Shown in pieces: positions 40,981 through 51,262 of a stretch of DNA of 64,000 nucleotides. The position numbers and the translations under genes are program-made. The stretch covers positions 192,001 through 256,000 of the IMG/VR virus record IMGVR_UViG_3300028591_005215, one strand, 5' to 3'. The DNA comes from a virus (lineage: Duplodnaviria > Caudoviricetes). The notes beneath the pieces are model-generated. The model searched no databases, had not been told where the DNA came from, and saw nothing but the letters and a program-made list of their open reading frames with translations. The stretch's first letter is position 1. Every line of letters begins with the position of its first letter.

Positions 40981-43900
40981 ATGCCATATATAAAATCACA
41001 TTCTAATTATGTGCTTAAAAAAAAGCACCAACTTACTAATAGTGGTACTATCTACGAAAGGGATATTACCACTATTGGTGGTAAAAATAGTTTCACAAGT
41101 AATCAAACCCCAATTTACCAAACAGGTAATTTTATAATTACAGTGAATAATGATGATAATGTTAAAAAAGATTCACATAGTGTTAATTGGGAAGAGCATT
41201 TTAGTGGTGATGTTTGGACATTAAGCACGTTACAAGATTATATTAAAGATGAAACATCATCTGAAGATGAATCAATCGTAATTAAAAGGGATTATTACAA
41301 TTTAAGGGATTTTGCATATTTCGGCTCTTGTTCAGAATTAATAAGAGCTTCAATAAATGACATTATTAATAAATTCCCTGGTGAATTGTTTATACCATTT
41401 GACAATACAACTGTATCGTCATATACATATGTTGAAGATGTGTGGGACTTGGATAAAAATGGAAACCCATTTTCAACCTCTAAAACATTAAGCGGTGAGA
41501 CAACTGATACTGAAGAAATAATAAGCAGAAATGGCTCAGTGACTGCTACAACTGTAGTAGGTGGTATTCCTGTGTTTTACACTGATAATTCAGAATTTAA
41601 TAGTGGTACTAATGGCGCATTAAACGATGATGGTAACGGAAATTCTAAAACAAAGATTAAAAGACTTGGTGGAGATAATTATTTCTTGGTTGATAATCCG
41701 TTTAATGTTAATATTCACACGGCATTTAAGAAAAGTAGTGAAATAACTGATGATAATTTTCTTAAATTTTTTGCCAATGAAGGGTATAAAAATTATGAAT
41801 TAATAGGTAATAATGGCGAAGCCCATAAATTTAATTGGGTAGTTAAAAACCATTTAGACAAACTTTGTGTTGGTGAAAAAATTTGTGACGTTGAAATAAC
41901 GTGTGTAGATAGCAGTGAAACCTTCGTTATAGAAGCTTGGGTAAGCAATAATAAAGAAATAAAATATTTAATTGACCTATCAAAATATGATAATCTAATA
42001 GAAAATGGCGCTTTCAAATATAGCATAAGACCTAAAGTGCAATTCTTAGACGAGTTTTTCAAAAGTCTTGATATGTTTGAAAGAATATTAATGAATAAAG
42101 ATTCTTCCCCTAAATATACTGCTTATTTTAATATTTTAAGAGAAAATGAATATGGGTACTATAGTAATATAGAATCATTTACATTCCCAACTACATACGG
42201 CAGTTATAATATTGGTGCTGATGGTGTTTCATTTGACGCTTACATACAGAATTTAGTTGATATTGCTAATTTCTACGATGAAAGATTTTGCGATAATATG
42301 TATAGGTCAATGACCCATGAATCTATTAAAAACTTTGACTGGACATATAGAAAACTAAAGACACAAGAAGAATCTGAAGATATTATTAGTGCAGGAGATA
42401 AAATATCAAAAATAATTAGGCTTTTTGGAAGAGAATTTGATGAAATTTTATCATACATTAATGCTATAGCTAGTTATAGAACTATAACATATGATGATAT
42501 AAACAATTTACCTGATTATTTTTTCACTGATGCATTGGAAAATAATGGATGGGATTTTAAACAAATAACACCTTATACATTAATAGAATATACTGGTGCA
42601 TCTAAAACTGACATTTCAGATAAAACAACAGAAGATGATGAAAAAAGTAACACATACAATGGAAATGCTTTAAAAAGGCTATTTACGCAAGATACAAGTT
42701 TTTTAGTAAAACCATATGATAAAAAACTTGACATTTATCCTGATGGTTACTTTTTTGGGTGCACACCAAATCATCAAGAAACATCTGAACAATTTACTTT
42801 AGACGTAAATAATCAATCTTGTGAGTCTGCACAAACTATCGTATTTAATTACGAAGAGCAAGAAACTGATATACCTGTTGAATCGTACAGTAGAGAATTT
42901 GAAAATGGAAGAGAAACGTGTGGCTATGGTAAGTTTACGAATACTGGTGGAACTGTATTTTCAGCATCCACTGAATCATCAGAACTTGATAGTGGAAGTA
43001 CAATAGATTATCCAAAAAATGAAATAACTTCGTATGGCGGAGAAAATATAACTGGCAACACATTTATAAGTCCTTGTAATAATAACATCTTAGAACGAAT
43101 TAAAAACTATTCTTCAGAGAAAGAATGGTCAATGCCAGAAGTAAATGTTGAATTTGAAAAACGTTTAATTCTTAACTCTAAAGAAATATGGAAGCATAAA
43201 GGAACACAAGATAGTGTAGAAATGATTCTTGGTATGTTCGGAATGAGAAGTAAAAGATGGTATGATGCTTTACCTTTATATGAAAAAGAAAGCTACATTA
43301 GTAGTAATGGTGGAGTTGGGAATTATAATAGATATGATTTTGAAATAAAAGAATATACATCTTTTACAACAAGAATAGAAGACCCTTATGTTAACGGCAT
43401 TTTAGATTATAAATATAATTGGGTTAATAAAGCTAAGAATATTTCTTATTCAGTATATGGCAATGATGATTATGAAGATTACCAAGGTCTACCTGTAATG
43501 TATCGTGATATTGATGGTAAACGTTATCTTTACCCAAATTTTGATAAAAACAAAGTTTATGATGGGAATCCTTATTACCAAATGAATGGTGGGTGGACAT
43601 CAACATACCCTTATATGTTTGATAAAGATAATAACATTGTGACTAAACCAAACGACAGCAAAATCTATCAGGAAACGCTTAGAAATATTAAAAATGTTGA
43701 TAAGCTTCAAGACCTTTTTGATTTACCAGTGCAAAGTTTAACAAATGGTGAAATTTACTATGTAACAAACTTATCAGGTTCTTATGCAGTTGTGGATGGC
43801 GTTGTATATGATATAATAACTGAAAGTGATGGTGTTACCGATTATAGATATTTTGAAGTGCAAATAGTTAATAATTCAATTGTAGTAGGTGAAGCTTATT

Positions 43901-44913
43901 TTAATGACTATGTGATTGTAAGTAACCCATTTGAGCCAAATAATAAGAGAAGGTATGATTTAACTGATGATGACATTAATGGTCAAAATATAAAAGTGTA
44001 TTTAATTAAGCCTGATGGTAATGAAACAATATATTTGTATTCAGACCAAGATTCAGTATCAACGTTTACTGTTTTTGAAAATGGTAAATACATGGAAGGT
44101 GATAATTTTACTCATTATTTTAGGATAAATGATGTTTATTCAGTAGGTGAATTAAGTCCTTTAGGGTGGGAACAGCTTAAGAATACTGATTATGATTTTT
44201 ATCGTATAAATTCAGATGAAGATTATTTCAAAGGTAATAACCCACATACAGGACATTTGCATTATGATAACGGTCATGAATATTTTACATACTTTAGTAA
44301 CTTATTTAAATACTCATCTAATAATTCATTAATAGATGAATCAATTCTTATTGATTATCCAAACTATGCAAATATATCACTTCACAACGATATTGATAAC
44401 TTTGGGTTTAGTGGGTTAATTAAAGATGATGAATGCGACCTATCTTATGATGATTTTTTAATTGAAGACAGCAAAATACATTATTTTGGGGATTGGTTTG
44501 AATCAAGAGCAACCATTACTACTGTAGATGACAATGGAACTATTAAACGTAATTTCTTTGACACTGTAAATTATTATTATTTTAATAATGATATTATTAC
44601 TAAAAATAATGAAATACCTTATAATGTTTCAGATATTAGTCCTAAAGAAATGACTTGTAGAAATAACCCTAATTTTTCTTACGGTAAAATTAAAAAAGAA
44701 GAAGCGAAATTAATAGATGGGTGCACTAACCAAATAGTTAATAATAAAATAGTTAAAATTATTTTCTATTTAAGAAATGATAGTTTCTATAGTAAATCAG
44801 CATTGGAGGAAATGAAATACTTACAATCTATAGTAGTACCTTATATGAATCAGGTAATTCCAAGTGGTGCAATTTTAGAAACTTGTTATATATATAATGG
44901 TCAAAAGATGTAA
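40981..44913 (+). CDS. Large baseplate wedge-type protein (gp7/P2 gpI-like motif)
   Basis: 1310 aa; IWKHKGTQDSVEMILGMFG motif; C-terminal QVIPSGAI. Confidence 0.55.
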   Translation: MPYIKSHSNYVLKKKHQLTNSGTIYERDITTIGGKNSFTSNQTPIYQTGNFIITVNNDDNVKKDSHSVNWEEHFSGDVWTLSTLQDYIKDETSSEDESIVIKRDYYNLRDFAYFGSCSELIRASINDIINKFPGELFIPFDNTTVSSYTYVEDVWDLDKNGNPFSTSKTLSGETTDTEEIISRNGSVTATTVVGGIPVFYTDNSEFNSGTNGALNDDGNGNSKTKIKRLGGDNYFLVDNPFNVNIHTAFKKSSEITDDNFLKFFANEGYKNYELIGNNGEAHKFNWVVKNHLDKLCVGEKICDVEITCVDSSETFVIEAWVSNNKEIKYLIDLSKYDNLIENGAFKYSIRPKVQFLDEFFKSLDMFERILMNKDSSPKYTAYFNILRENEYGYYSNIESFTFPTTYGSYNIGADGVSFDAYIQNLVDIANFYDERFCDNMYRSMTHESIKNFDWTYRKLKTQEESEDIISAGDKISKIIRLFGREFDEILSYINAIASYRTITYDDINNLPDYFFTDALENNGWDFKQITPYTLIEYTGASKTDISDKTTEDDEKSNTYNGNALKRLFTQDTSFLVKPYDKKLDIYPDGYFFGCTPNHQETSEQFTLDVNNQSCESAQTIVFNYEEQETDIPVESYSREFENGRETCGYGKFTNTGGTVFSASTESSELDSGSTIDYPKNEITSYGGENITGNTFISPCNNNILERIKNYSSEKEWSMPEVNVEFEKRLILNSKEIWKHKGTQDSVEMILGMFGMRSKRWYDALPLYEKESYISSNGGVGNYNRYDFEIKEYTSFTTRIEDPYVNGILDYKYNWVNKAKNISYSVYGNDDYEDYQGLPVMYRDIDGKRYLYPNFDKNKVYDGNPYYQMNGGWTSTYPYMFDKDNNIVTKPNDSKIYQETLRNIKNVDKLQDLFDLPVQSLTNGEIYYVTNLSGSYAVVDGVVYDIITESDGVTDYRYFEVQIVNNSIVVGEAYFNDYVIVSNPFEPNNKRRYDLTDDDINGQNIKVYLIKPDGNETIYLYSDQDSVSTFTVFENGKYMEGDNFTHYFRINDVYSVGELSPLGWEQLKNTDYDFYRINSDEDYFKGNNPHTGHLHYDNGHEYFTYFSNLFKYSSNNSLIDESILIDYPNYANISLHNDIDNFGFSGLIKDDECDLSYDDFLIEDSKIHYFGDWFESRATITTVDDNGTIKRNFFDTVNYYYFNNDIITKNNEIPYNVSDISPKEMTCRNNPNFSYGKIKKEEAKLIDGCTNQIVNNKIVKIIFYLRNDSFYSKSALEEMKYLQSIVVPYMNQVIPSGAILETCYIYNGQKM

Positions 44914-44915
44914 TT

Positions 44916-45812
44916 ATGGATAAATTTGAAGCATTTTACAACGAAGGCATTGTATACATTAAATCAAACACTAATTGGAGTGCCAAGGTTAAAGGTAATA
45001 TAATGCTATCTTCATATAGCGGTGTTGGTGATGGAGAATTAAAAGTTTTTCCATCACCAGACATGAAATATGGATATGGCGAAATATTTTTTACATATGG
45101 TGATTTGTTTTGCAGCAATTACAATAAATTATACATAAGTCTTTTCAATAAATCATATTTTAAAGCAGTTCCTAATTATTTATGCTTCAATGGCGAAAAT
45201 TCAGTAGCATATTCAACAATTTACGCAAATGATGATTATGAAATATTAAATCCATCGACAGAAAAATTCACTGCTATAAAATATGATAATAGTAAAATAA
45301 TGGTGGTATCTAACACAAGTGAAAACTTTGGTTGTGATGATAATGAGGTACTTAAATTAAAAGACGCAAATAATAATTTGATATTCATTGACTTATACCA
45401 ATGCATTGATGAAAACATAGATGATAATTGCATACTTAAAGCAAGCTATACTAATATAACTGAACATTCAGCAAATGTTAAGGTAACATCACTTATTGGT
45501 TCTAAATATGCAAATTTTAAATGGGAAGAAGTTAAAGGCGTCAAAATAACAAAATTAACAGGTAATAGTTTATTATGTGAGTTTGACGGTATTGATAAAT
45601 TCACACTTAAACTGTCAAATGCATGCACTAACATATCTATTGATATATATGCTTCATATGATGATGATAAAGTGTTTAATGTTGCAATGCAATGCAACGG
45701 TATAACAGATAAATCACATATTTTCTTGAGTGTAGTATCAACATCAGTTGATAATCCAGAAGAAGCTAATAATTTGATTGACGAAAATCAAAAGACTGCA
45801 AATTTATGCTAA
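44916..45812 (+). CDS. Virion protein with a BACON-like N-terminal domain
   Basis: IKSNTNWSA...LSSYSG.GDG.LKV pattern. Confidence 0.5.
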   Translation: MDKFEAFYNEGIVYIKSNTNWSAKVKGNIMLSSYSGVGDGELKVFPSPDMKYGYGEIFFTYGDLFCSNYNKLYISLFNKSYFKAVPNYLCFNGENSVAYSTIYANDDYEILNPSTEKFTAIKYDNSKIMVVSNTSENFGCDDNEVLKLKDANNNLIFIDLYQCIDENIDDNCILKASYTNITEHSANVKVTSLIGSKYANFKWEEVKGVKITKLTGNSLLCEFDGIDKFTLKLSNACTNISIDIYASYDDDKVFNVAMQCNGITDKSHIFLSVVSTSVDNPEEANNLIDENQKTANLC

Positions 45813-45816
45813 TCAT

Positions 45817-45851
45817 AAAAACCTTGCTTAATAATTAAGCAAGGTTTCTTT
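45817..45851. terminator. Bidirectional terminator between convergent genes
   Basis: aaaccttgcttaat-a-attaagcaaggttt, overlapping the sbcD stop. Confidence 0.75.
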
Positions 45852-46652
45852 GTTATTATCCATATCATCTACGGATGAAATTTGAAAGTCATACAACCCA
45901 TAGGTTGTATCTAAATCAATGAATTTATGTTCTTTTTTTTCCAAGTCCCACACACAAAAACCATGCTGTGTTATAGTTTCACCAAAACTTTGTTGTATTA
46001 ATGACCCAGGGTATACAATATTAACATCACCACGTTTTATTTCTTGCCGTTTATGAATATCACCAGCAATGACAAAATCGCAACCATTAAAAGTATCACC
46101 ATCAGTTCCGTCTTGCATAACAGTGCCATTGTTTAGCGTTGCACCAGCTACTGTTCCGTGATACAACCCAATAACTGTATTATTAGGGTTTTCTTCCCTT
46201 GCTTGTTCAATGTCAGGCCGTCTAAAATCAGAATATATTGAAAATAATGCCCACGTTACATTATCATCTATTAGTGTCCCACTATCATAGCCTAAATATG
46301 AATCTACAAACACTGAATTCTGAAAATTGGCAGTTTCGAATAAAGCTGTCATAGTATCTTTTCTGCTTGTATTATTAACTATTAGGTCATGATTACCACT
46401 AATAATTATTACTTGTGCAATGTTTTCCAATTCCCTAATAAACAAACTAGCAAACACAAATAATTCATTAGAAATTGTATTTTTTTGGTGGAATAAATCA
46501 CCTGCTATCACAATTCTAACTTCTTCTTTCTTATACGGCTTTGCAAGTTCACTACATTTTCCAATAAATTGCGTTAATTGTTCAGCATATTCTTCGTGTC
46601 TTTGATAGTTTCTTATATGTATATCAGCAGCATGTATAATTAATTTTATCAT
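45828..46652 (-). CDS. sbcD: Mre11/SbcD/gp47-like metallophosphoesterase nuclease (short form)
   Basis: ADIH, AGDLFH, GNHD, YHG, GDIH, YPGSLIQQ.FGE. Confidence 0.85.
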   Translation of the reverse strand: MIKLIIHAADIHIRNYQRHEEYAEQLTQFIGKCSELAKPYKKEEVRIVIAGDLFHQKNTISNELFVFASLFIRELENIAQVIIISGNHDLIVNNTSRKDTMTALFETANFQNSVFVDSYLGYDSGTLIDDNVTWALFSIYSDFRRPDIEQAREENPNNTVIGLYHGTVAGATLNNGTVMQDGTDGDTFNGCDFVIAGDIHKRQEIKRGDVNIVYPGSLIQQSFGETITQHGFCVWDLEKKEHKFIDLDTTYGLYDFQISSVDDMDNNKETLLNY

Positions 46653-46675
46653 ATTTAACTTTTATTAATATAGTG

Positions 46676-46706
46676 CAAATATATCTAAAATTATGTTAAA
46701 ACCAAA
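46676..46706 (-). promoter_or_regulatory. Bacteroidota-type -33/-7 promoter for sbcD
   Basis: Minus strand: TTTG (46706-46703), TTAAC (46699-46695), TATATTTG (46683-46676); 19-nt spacer. Confidence 0.7.
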
Positions 46707-46707
46707 A

Positions 46708-46714
46708 TATTTAT
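46708..46714 (+). promoter_or_regulatory. Putative late promoter, back-to-back with the sbcD promoter
   Basis: TATTTAT 19 nt before ATG 46734. Confidence 0.5.
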
Positions 46715-46733
46715 ATTAAAAGTTTTTTTAAAA

Positions 46734-48812
46734 ATGGTAGATAGTAGAAAAAGAAAAGTTGAATGGGAAGGCGAAATACCTGCGTCTGCATTGTCATGGG
46801 TATCATTTGTCGAAACAGACAGCTATGGTTACGAATTCACTACTGACGAAGATGGTAATGGCAAAATTATCGTTTCATCTGATGATAATGATGCAAAACC
46901 TATAGATTATGTGAAAATAAAATTACAACCTGCATATGGCAAACCTGGGGATGCTGACTATAGAACTTGTTCTATTAAATTCAAACAGCTTGGTTTTGCA
47001 AATCCAAAAACATGCGAAGCACACATTAAACAAAAAGTATTAAATTCATACAGGAATGATTTGTTTTACAAAGTATTGAAAGATGCTACACCACATTTAA
47101 ACTTTAAAGAAAACGATAGAAGCATAAATGATAGCACTGGCTTTGATTATAGTGGTGGCACAATACAATTTGATTGGTATTTTGAACTTGAATACATTGA
47201 TTATTGCTACTATTCAGGTACTAATATTCTTGCAGTAGATGACAATGGTAATTATATACAATCAGGTACAACTAAAGAAAAATGTACGTCATCAGAAAAT
47301 GCGGTGTGGGAATGTAATAACAAAAACGCAATAATATATGATGATGGAACATTATTAATGGGTGATGTCAGTGAAGACACTATATTTGACGTTACACTTA
47401 AATATAAAGGGTATGATAAAGAAGCTAAACAAACAGTTAGGCAAACTAATAATACAAAAAATGTTACTTATAGGGTTAACACTAACATAAAAGACGCTAA
47501 TGTAACATTTAATTATTATTATAAAAAGGCATATACTACTGTTAAATTAGCCGATGGGATAAGTGATAAAAAACAATATGTCTTTAATGTAGAACCACCA
47601 ATTTTAAACTTTACAAATTCTACAGATATAAAATATGTAACAGTAGATTCGTTACGCTCATCTAATGAGCCATTATATTATGCTGAATGCGAAATACCAC
47701 AAATTGCGACAGATGTCACAGCTTCAATACAATATAGTGGCATTAAAGATAAGCACTATAACATATCAATTGAGCCAAATACGTGGAACGCTAATTTGTC
47801 TGACGAATTAAATGTAACTGTATCAGCTTCAGAAACCGTGTCTGAATATGATGGCACTAAAGTATCAATTAGTTTTGAGGAAAATGTTTATGAAAAAGAT
47901 ATTATCATCAAAACTGTTACAACAAATAGCTTAACGCCTTATTCAGTAAGCTTACCAGAAAATGTTGAAGACTTATCTGAAGGGAAAGGTACTAATCTAA
48001 AAATTACATCAGATAATGTGGTTGGTGTTGCAAAATATTCAGTTAATGCAGATACAAATGTTTATGATACATTAACTATAAGCCGTAACATACCTAAAGA
48101 ATATGTGTTTACTTGGAGTGATGGCACTACTACACCAAAAGAAATTGATTTGGAATATAGTGATGATGTTTTGAAGAGAGTAATAAGCAATGTAATATCT
48201 ACATATGGTGGTGAAACCAACGATTATACGTTAAGCTGCGCTAATAACAATGTATTAATTGATAATTCCACAAAAACAGTTTCTTTTAAATCTAAAAGCA
48301 CTTATGTTGATGCAACATATTTAACAACACCATATAAGGGAAATGGTTTTACTAAATCATATGGGTTTGTTACTAAATATGTTATATCATTAACGCAGTC
48401 TAATAGTGCTAAAAAATTAACATTAAATGTGAATTATTATCACAAGTCACCTTGTGATATACATTTTTCTAAAAATAATAATAAACAATTGCTTATTAAA
48501 ATAAATGATGGCGCTACTAATAAATTACCTAATAGCGTAACTTATTATAGTTTTGATATTACAGCACAATATACAGTAAATAATGAACCTTATGACCCAT
48601 CTAATGTTAAATCAATTACAGATATATTAGACCCATATTTTTCATCACATTTGTATGCTATATCAAATTACATACCTGAGTTGTCTGAACCAAGTGTATA
48701 TATCTATGATTTTAGACTACCAAATAGTACACTTAATCGGTCAAATATAAACGAATATTTACCAAATGAATGGTATACTGAATATAATGAAATTATAGAC
48801 GAAAATAATTAA
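46734..48812 (+). CDS. Ig/BACON-like repeat virion protein (fibre/adhesin candidate); paralogue of the next gene
   Basis: Shares K.EW.GEI...W.SF...GYE..T...KIIV..DDN, F.QLG and TY.VNTNI.NA..TF blocks with 48815. Confidence 0.55.
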   Translation: MVDSRKRKVEWEGEIPASALSWVSFVETDSYGYEFTTDEDGNGKIIVSSDDNDAKPIDYVKIKLQPAYGKPGDADYRTCSIKFKQLGFANPKTCEAHIKQKVLNSYRNDLFYKVLKDATPHLNFKENDRSINDSTGFDYSGGTIQFDWYFELEYIDYCYYSGTNILAVDDNGNYIQSGTTKEKCTSSENAVWECNNKNAIIYDDGTLLMGDVSEDTIFDVTLKYKGYDKEAKQTVRQTNNTKNVTYRVNTNIKDANVTFNYYYKKAYTTVKLADGISDKKQYVFNVEPPILNFTNSTDIKYVTVDSLRSSNEPLYYAECEIPQIATDVTASIQYSGIKDKHYNISIEPNTWNANLSDELNVTVSASETVSEYDGTKVSISFEENVYEKDIIIKTVTTNSLTPYSVSLPENVEDLSEGKGTNLKITSDNVVGVAKYSVNADTNVYDTLTISRNIPKEYVFTWSDGTTTPKEIDLEYSDDVLKRVISNVISTYGGETNDYTLSCANNNVLIDNSTKTVSFKSKSTYVDATYLTTPYKGNGFTKSYGFVTKYVISLTQSNSAKKLTLNVNYYHKSPCDIHFSKNNNKQLLIKINDGATNKLPNSVTYYSFDITAQYTVNNEPYDPSNVKSITDILDPYFSSHLYAISNYIPELSEPSVYIYDFRLPNSTLNRSNINEYLPNEWYTEYNEIIDENN

Positions 48813-48814
48813 TC

Positions 48815-50857
48815 ATGAATAAAAAAATAGAATGGTACGGTGAAATAACAGGTGATGGGAGAACTTGGCTATCATTTACTTATGATGATACTAAGGGTTA
48901 CGAATATGACACAACCACTAAACCTAAAAAAATAATAGTAACTACAGATGATAACAATGGAAGCTTAACTGACATAATTGGGTTGGATTTAGAACCAAAT
49001 ACAACACAATATATTAGAAAAACAAACGTTGAATTTTATCAGTTAGGCGGGAAGCATATATCTTACGAAGTTACACAAAAAGTAGGGCATAGTTTTATTG
49101 AAACGAGTACTTATGAAGAAATATCTACTTGGGTATTTAATTCAATGTCAATTTCACCTGTTAGTGAAACGTGTGAATGCGACACTACTGAATACACATT
49201 TAAAGCAATTTATTCTCATAAGCCTAAATATGTAACATATTCTAAAGGGTATTATGCTGATAATCCTGATGAGGAAATTAAGATAGTTAAAAGTGAAAGA
49301 TATGGTGATGTACAATATATTTCAGACCCATCTAAATTTATTTGGGCTACAGATAATGGCACTATAACTAATGGTAAGTTAACATTTAATGAAAATGTAG
49401 ATAGGAACAATTATGTTTTATATAACGTAACTGCAACATATAGAGATAATTATAATGAAAAAAACGCAACTGGCGTACTAAAGCAAAAAGCAAATGACAA
49501 AACTGCAACGTACACGGTTAATACTAATATACCAAATGCAACAGCAACATTCACAATTGATAACGAAATTATATCAGCTATAACAGTAGCATATGTTTCT
49601 GATAATGAATATACAGCCATTTGTGAAGGACCTTTAAATTCATCTTTAAAAGTAGCTATTACAGGTAGTAAAAATGAAATAATCACTTATTCTTTAGATG
49701 TGTCACCAAAAAAATGGGATATTAAGGAATCAAGTGCATTAACGGTAACAGTTACAAGTAATAAACATGTTGAAGAAAATGATTTTTCTAACAACTCTTA
49801 TACGTATCCTGATAATATATACAACGCTACTATCAATATAAATAGAAAAACAAGTGATAGTGAAGCATCTTATTCAGCTATTCTTCCTGATGGTATAACT
49901 GATGAATCGGTAGATGGCAATTTTACATATCTAAAAGCTGCTGAAGGGAGTTTAAAGGATGGTGGCGAAATAACATATTATTTAACTGAATCTGAAGACA
50001 TAAAAGCTAAGATAAGTGTAAGTAATTCAACAAGTGATGACAAATTTTTGGAAGATAAGATGATGACATTAGTTTATGACTATGGTATAGTTGGTAGAAC
50101 TTTAGAGACAAGGCCTCAGATTATGCTTTATAGGTCAAAAACTAATAGTAGCGTAGAAGCAATATATGTAGCCACAACATCGCAATCTACTCTTCATCAG
50201 GGGACATTTGATGTTATAGAAATTAAAAAAACTGACAAAACATATATAACTGACGATGGTACTTTTTATGTTTTAAACATTTCAAATCATCACGAATTAG
50301 TTGTTAATGGTAATAAAGTTATAGTTTTTTTAAAGCTTATAGGTGATGACGTACCAGATGAAATGCAATACTATAACGGAAATATAACAGCAGTAAGAAT
50401 ACCTACGCCATATACAAAACTTGATAATGCTTGTTTGTATTGTAACACCAGCTTGCATCATTTGTTTTTAGGGAATACAATTAGTTTACTTGTATCAGAT
50501 TGTTTAGCAGGTTTTGCTTCAATAAAAGAAATATATTTTGGCTATGAAGAAGCGCCTACTTTGAATAAAGGTAACGGTACAGGGCATACTTTTAGAGATA
50601 CTTATAGAAACTCGCAAGCATCAAGTAAAGATTGCATTATTTATGGAGTGAAAGGAAGTTATGATAGTTATCATGTTGATAGTAATGACCCTTGGCAATG
50701 GGATGGGTGTATATATGCTGACGTTTCAGGTCGTTCAGATATTAACAATAATACGAAAACATGGAGGATTGATACTGACACTTATACAGTAGATAAAGAA
50801 CTTGAAATCTTCAAGGAAAAGGTAATTAATGCTAATACAGGTGACCCTATTGTATAA
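48815..50857 (+). CDS. Ig/BACON-like repeat virion protein with C-terminal BspA-type leucine-rich repeats
   Basis: ITAVRIP...LDNACLYCNTSLHHLFLGNTISLLVSDCLAGFASIKEIYF...APTL pattern. Confidence 0.55.
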   Translation: MNKKIEWYGEITGDGRTWLSFTYDDTKGYEYDTTTKPKKIIVTTDDNNGSLTDIIGLDLEPNTTQYIRKTNVEFYQLGGKHISYEVTQKVGHSFIETSTYEEISTWVFNSMSISPVSETCECDTTEYTFKAIYSHKPKYVTYSKGYYADNPDEEIKIVKSERYGDVQYISDPSKFIWATDNGTITNGKLTFNENVDRNNYVLYNVTATYRDNYNEKNATGVLKQKANDKTATYTVNTNIPNATATFTIDNEIISAITVAYVSDNEYTAICEGPLNSSLKVAITGSKNEIITYSLDVSPKKWDIKESSALTVTVTSNKHVEENDFSNNSYTYPDNIYNATININRKTSDSEASYSAILPDGITDESVDGNFTYLKAAEGSLKDGGEITYYLTESEDIKAKISVSNSTSDDKFLEDKMMTLVYDYGIVGRTLETRPQIMLYRSKTNSSVEAIYVATTSQSTLHQGTFDVIEIKKTDKTYITDDGTFYVLNISNHHELVVNGNKVIVFLKLIGDDVPDEMQYYNGNITAVRIPTPYTKLDNACLYCNTSLHHLFLGNTISLLVSDCLAGFASIKEIYFGYEEAPTLNKGNGTGHTFRDTYRNSQASSKDCIIYGVKGSYDSYHVDSNDPWQWDGCIYADVSGRSDINNNTKTWRIDTDTYTVDKELEIFKEKVINANTGDPIV

Positions 50858-50926
50858 AAAAATAAATATAAAAGTAGACTTTTTTTTTCAGTGATATAGA
50901 TATTTATTATTGCAAAGTTTGTTAAT

Positions 50927-51262
50927 ATGAATATAATAATAGAAAGAGTTATTTCGCAAACCATTAATAAGCTCATCAACGAAAACTGTTCAAGGTCATC
51001 AGTCATAACAGAGAACGATGGTGATGATATGGGTATCTACAAAGAACTTGATGATAAGGTTATTGATATTTGTTATCGTCATGATTTCAATGTACAAACA
51101 AGAGTTGGCAACGATTTGGCATATTATGCATTTTTCATTGCAGATGACAGACTACCAAAAGTTCAAGAATCAATACAAATGTTGGAGAAACTTGGACTAA
51201 GAAGAATCAATAATGGGACTTTAAGCGGAACAATACATTATTACACTATAGATTTTCACTAA
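50927..51262 (+). CDS. Small accessory protein with a degenerate leader (IIERVISQTINKLINE)
   Basis: TATTTAT at 50901-50907; its stop codon is the first 3 nt of the IS element. Confidence 0.65.
   Translation: MNIIIERVISQTINKLINENCSRSSVITENDGDDMGIYKELDDKVIDICYRHDFNVQTRVGNDLAYYAFFIADDRLPKVQESIQMLEKLGLRRINNGTLSGTIHYYTIDFH

Noticed and set aside
46734-50857. Diversity-generating retroelement target
   Set aside because: No reverse transcriptase and no template/variable repeat pair seen in this window
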